Assembly (NCBI GenBank): GCA_035270825.1
Contig: DATESL010000028.1
Location: forward strand, 1,064-65,063
DNA: 64,000 bases
Direction of reading: 5' to 3'
Source of the DNA: Candidatus Onthovivens sp.
GTDB taxonomy: Bacteria; Bacillota_I; Bacilli_A; RFN20; CAG-826
The notes beneath the pieces were generated by a model, which ran no database searches, had not been told where the DNA came from, and saw only the letters and a list, made by a program, of their open reading frames with translations. A program made the position numbers and the translations under genes. Each line of letters starts with the position of its first letter. The stretch's first letter is position 1. This document shows, piece by piece, positions 60,369 through 64,000 of this stretch.

Positions 60369-61892
60369 ATGCAAATCGTATTATCAATTGTTTTATTTTT
60401 TATTGCTTTAGGGGCTTTAGTGGCAATTCATGAAGCCGGGCATTTAATCGCTGCGAAGGCTTTTAATGTTTATTGTAGTGATTTTTCGATTGGTTTTGGA
60501 CCAAAAATTATTAAAATAAAAAGAAAAACTGGGGAAACAAAGTTTTCAGTTGGTATTTTACCACTGGGGGGCTATGTTTCAATGTATGATGATGAGGGAG
60601 AATTAGAACCAGGAGTTAATGTTCCTTTATCTCGTTCCTTAAGAGGAATCTCTCGTTATAAAAAAATTATTATTATGGCTTCAGGGATTATTATGAACTT
60701 TGCCTTAGCATTTATAATCTTTTTTATTAGTGCAAGTTGTTTTGAACAACATGAACTGGGGGCCATTAATAAAGTTAAAGTGACAGATGCAACCCAATTT
60801 AATTTAAAATTTAAAGAGGTTGAAGATAGTAGTAGTGATTTAATTATCAATGGTGATGGTCGTTATTATTTAGTTGGGGGAACCTTCCAATATAAATATA
60901 CATCCGTTGATGATAAGGGCAATAAAACAGTTAACCAAGTTAAAAATATTTCAATTATTAAAACTGAAAACTTAGAAAATAATAACTACCAATATGCTTT
61001 AAGTTTAGATACTTCTCAAGTTGGAATTAATAATCTTGATTATAGTCAATCTTTTAAATTATTAGTGGGTGAAGTCTATGATAGTGAAATCACCTCAGAA
61101 ACGATTAGTGATGTTATGCAATATGATTCATCTAAAGAAGAATTTGTTCCTTTTAAAGGAGCAATTACTCTTCCTATATATAAGGGTGAATTTGCTCAAT
61201 ATGAAATTTCTGAAACCTCCCTTTTTAATCCTGAGATTTATCTTGGGACTTTAGAGGAAGAAAAAAACGATATTCAAGTATTTGATTTAGAATTAAAAGG
61301 AACAAAAGATCGAGTCTTTGAACCACTTGGTTTGTCAATTTATTCTCATTCATACTGGGCTGGTTGGGATTCTTTTGAGATTGCTGGTAAGCAATGGGTT
61401 AATTCAACTTCGCTAATTTCTCAAACTCTAGGACAACTCTTTGTTGGTAATCAAGAGGCTTGGGGTGGAGTTGGTGGACCATTAGCTATATTTTCTCAAA
61501 CAACAAATATTTTAAGTAATAATCCTTTCAATTATTATCTTAATACCTGGGGCATTATTAGCGTGAACTTAGCCTTATTTAATCTTTTACCATTCCCTGG
61601 TTTAGATGGATGGCAAATTGTGACAACAGTTGTTGAGGGCGGAGTTAATCAAGTCCTTAAATTAAAGAAGAAAAAAGCAAAAGAAGAAAAGGTTATTTTA
61701 GAAGGTTCAGTTGAAGAGGGAAATGATGGTGCTTTAAAAGAGATCTCTGTTGGGGAAGCTTTAAAAGTTAAAAAAGACGCTGAATGGAGAATTCCACCAA
61801 AAATTAATGCAATTCTTTCATATGTTGGTTTAGGTTTATTATTCTTATTTATGTTTGTGATTTTATTCAAAGATATATTTACATTTTTTTAA
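60369..61892 (+). CDS. rseP: RIP (site-2) M50 metalloprotease RseP/RasP-like with atypical insertions
   Basis: HEAGHLIAAKAF (HExxH) in TM1, GGYVSM, and NLLPFPGLDGWQI second metal-ligand motif; the central region does not look like a PDZ domain by eye. Confidence 0.8.
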   Translation: MQIVLSIVLFFIALGALVAIHEAGHLIAAKAFNVYCSDFSIGFGPKIIKIKRKTGETKFSVGILPLGGYVSMYDDEGELEPGVNVPLSRSLRGISRYKKIIIMASGIIMNFALAFIIFFISASCFEQHELGAINKVKVTDATQFNLKFKEVEDSSSDLIINGDGRYYLVGGTFQYKYTSVDDKGNKTVNQVKNISIIKTENLENNNYQYALSLDTSQVGINNLDYSQSFKLLVGEVYDSEITSETISDVMQYDSSKEEFVPFKGAITLPIYKGEFAQYEISETSLFNPEIYLGTLEEEKNDIQVFDLELKGTKDRVFEPLGLSIYSHSYWAGWDSFEIAGKQWVNSTSLISQTLGQLFVGNQEAWGGVGGPLAIFSQTTNILSNNPFNYYLNTWGIISVNLALFNLLPFPGLDGWQIVTTVVEGGVNQVLKLKKKKAKEEKVILEGSVEEGNDGALKEISVGEALKVKKDAEWRIPPKINAILSYVGLGLLFLFMFVILFKDIFTFF

Positions 61893-61929
61893 AATAAGTA
61901 GTTAGGTTTTTATTAAAGGAGGGAAATTT

Positions 61930-64000
61930 ATGGATCAAAAAATGCTTCGATTTTTAGAATCAATTCAGCTTGAAAATCCAGAAGATTTTGATTTATCATT
62001 TTTAAGTATTGTTAAATCAACCTCTGATAAAAACTTTTATACATATAATATTGTTAAGGAGACGCCATGGGATTATCAATTAATTGATCAATTTTTAAAT
62101 GCTCTTAATACAATTAATACTTATAAATACGAGATTAACTTCTCTTATAATAAAAAAATAACAATTGAAGATTTAACTCTTTTAATTGATGATTTTATTT
62201 TTAACAAAACTTATAATAAAATTCCTTTTTCTCTTCAAATAGAAAAAGAAATTTTAAATTTAATATCGGAAAAAGAAGAGGATTACTCTTCTTTAAAACC
62301 TTTTGAAGAAGAATTAAATTCATTCTTTAATTTTATTAATTATCCCTATGAAGTTCTTATTAATAAAGTTGAAGAGGAAGAAGAAATCTTAGAGTTAACA
62401 GAGGAAATAAAAGAAACCTTTATTAAAGAAGCAAAAGAAGAACAAAAAGAAAATGAAGCAATTTTATTAAAAGAAACTCAAGAAGCCTATAAGAAAATGA
62501 AAGAAGAGCGTCGTCTAAGTGAATTATTTTCAAAAAAAGGTGGTTATGAATATAAAAAAATTATTGAAATCAATGTTAATTTAGGCGGAGTTGATTTTAA
62601 CGGAAAAGTTTTTGAAGCGACTTCTCGTTTATCTAGAAATGGGAAAATGATTTATAAAGTAGGTGTTTTTGATGAATCAGATGCTATTTATGTAACTTTC
62701 ATTGCTAATTCTAAAGCCTTAAAGGTTGAAGAACTTGATAAGATTAAAACGGGTAGCAACATACGAATCAAAGGAAAGGTTGATTTTAATAAATATTCTC
62801 GAGATTGTGTAATTTTAGCACATTTTTTTGATCTCCTTCCTGATGATGAATTACGTAATGATAATGAAGAAGTTAAACGCGTTGAGCTTCATCTCCATAC
62901 GAAGATGTCAGAGATGGACGGCTGTGCCTCCATTATGGATTATGCAAAACTTGCCTCACACATGGGACATAAAGCACTTGCTGTTACAGATCATGGCGTG
63001 GTACAAGCTTTTCCTGAAGCGCAAGCTGCTGCTAAAAAATACGGCTTAAAGATGATTTATGGATCAGAATTATATTTAGTGGAGGATTATTTAAAAGGAG
63101 CCTTGTTTCCAAGTGATACTAAATTAGCCGATGCTACTTATGTTGTTTTTGATTTAGAATCAACTGGATTAAGCGCTAAATATGACCGCATTACTGAATT
63201 TGGTGCTGTTAAAATTAAGGGTGGGATGATTGTTGATCGACTTGATATTTTAATTAACCCAGGAATGAATATTTCTAAAAAAATTGAAGATTTAACCGGA
63301 ATTAGTAATGAATTAATTAAAGATTGTCCTAAAATTGAAGAAGTAATGGAAAAGATTATGAAGTTTATTGGAACTTCAATTTTAGTTTCTCATAATATAG
63401 AATTTGACTATGGAATGTTAAATGAAGCCTATGAACGAATTTATAATAAGGAATTAATAGTTCCATGTATTGATACTTTAGCTCTTTCTCGCTATATTTT
63501 CCCTATTAATAAAGCTCATAATCTTGGAGCACTCTGTTCTAGATTAAAAGTTGATTATGATGCAAAAAGTGCTCATAGAGCAGATTATGATGCAAGTGTT
63601 TTATCTTCATGCTGGCTTTCTTTAAGAGCTAGTTTAACAGAAAATAATAAGGATCTGCGCCATTGTGATTTAGAAAAATTAGAGATTAATAATGCCCTTT
63701 ATAAACATTTAAGAGGAACACATGTCACTGTTCTTGCTAAAAATAAAAAAGGTCTTAAAGATTTATATAAAATAATTTCTGCATCACACTTAGATTATTT
63801 AGGATTACATCCATGTGTTCCCCGTTCCTTATTGATTAAATACCGCGAAGACTTACTTGTTGGGAGTGCTTGTTTTAATGGTGATGTATTTAATGCCTCT
63901 AGTAAACGAAATAATCGTGTTTTAGAAGAGGTCATTTCTTTTTATGATTATATTGAAATTCAACCACTTCCTAACTATTCATATCTTGTAGAAAAGGAAG
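61930..64000 (+). CDS. polC: DNA polymerase III PolC-type, N-terminal part (runs off the window end; absent from the ORF track because no stop is reached)
   Basis: ATG 61930 after AAGGAGGG. In-frame PHP motif VELHLHTKMSEMDGCAS...AVTDHGVVQAF (nt about 62881). Exonuclease motifs YVVFDLESTGLS and SHNIEFDYGML. Confidence 0.9.
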   Translation, partial: MDQKMLRFLESIQLENPEDFDLSFLSIVKSTSDKNFYTYNIVKETPWDYQLIDQFLNALNTINTYKYEINFSYNKKITIEDLTLLIDDFIFNKTYNKIPFSLQIEKEILNLISEKEEDYSSLKPFEEELNSFFNFINYPYEVLINKVEEEEEILELTEEIKETFIKEAKEEQKENEAILLKETQEAYKKMKEERRLSELFSKKGGYEYKKIIEINVNLGGVDFNGKVFEATSRLSRNGKMIYKVGVFDESDAIYVTFIANSKALKVEELDKIKTGSNIRIKGKVDFNKYSRDCVILAHFFDLLPDDELRNDNEEVKRVELHLHTKMSEMDGCASIMDYAKLASHMGHKALAVTDHGVVQAFPEAQAAAKKYGLKMIYGSELYLVEDYLKGALFPSDTKLADATYVVFDLESTGLSAKYDRITEFGAVKIKGGMIVDRLDILINPGMNISKKIEDLTGISNELIKDCPKIEEVMEKIMKFIGTSILVSHNIEFDYGMLNEAYERIYNKELIVPCIDTLALSRYIFPINKAHNLGALCSRLKVDYDAKSAHRADYDASVLSSCWLSLRASLTENNKDLRHCDLEKLEINNALYKHLRGTHVTVLAKNKKGLKDLYKIISASHLDYLGLHPCVPRSLLIKYREDLLVGSACFNGDVFNASSKRNNRVLEEVISFYDYIEIQPLPNYSYLVEKE

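Overview
AT-rich, gene-dense chromosomal segment, almost entirely on the + strand, from a reduced-genome Mollicutes-related Bacillota organism. The lineage call rests on a Mollicutes-type 16S 3' end and a short 5S rRNA. The standard genetic code is in use: all long housekeeping ORFs are intact with TGG for Trp, and TGA works as a stop. Content is mostly core: rpmB, a JetABC/MksFEB-like SMC-family operon, glgC-glgD-glgA, T-box-controlled leuS, coaX with an ECF S-component, pepV, trmB, tyrS, tRNA-Asp and tRNA-Phe, a trimeric HydABC-type [FeFe]-hydrogenase, gap-pgk-tpiA and one 16S-23S-5S operon. From about 37.5 kb the window is a compacted copy of the Bacillus yloU-to-polC backbone: asp23, fakA-like, plsX, rnc, ftsY, ylxM, ffh, (rpsP-khpA-rimM-trmD inverted), rplS, rbgA, rnhB, dprA, topA, trmFO, xerC, rpsB, tsf, pyrH, frr, cdsA, dxr, rseP, polC. 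I found no CRISPR array, IS element, prophage or integrase other than xerC. The best candidate for something new is the three-gene jetABC-like operon (about 0.9-6.4 kb), which has no JetD/MksG nuclease gene next to it. In the same window, smc is absent from its highly conserved rnc-smc-ftsY slot; rnc and ftsY are 1 nt apart. Together these suggest a nuclease-free Wadjet/Mks complex, possibly serving as the chromosomal condensin. Secondary observations: (1) HydA has TSCSP in place of the canonical TSCCP H-cluster motif. (2) The 16S rRNA carries compensated substitutions inside the 515F/806R universal primer sites. (3) A GNAT gene is frameshifted at an A6 run. (4) The rpsP-trmD block is inverted. 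(5) FASII genes are missing between plsX and rnc. All calls come from reading the sequence and translations; no database search was possible.
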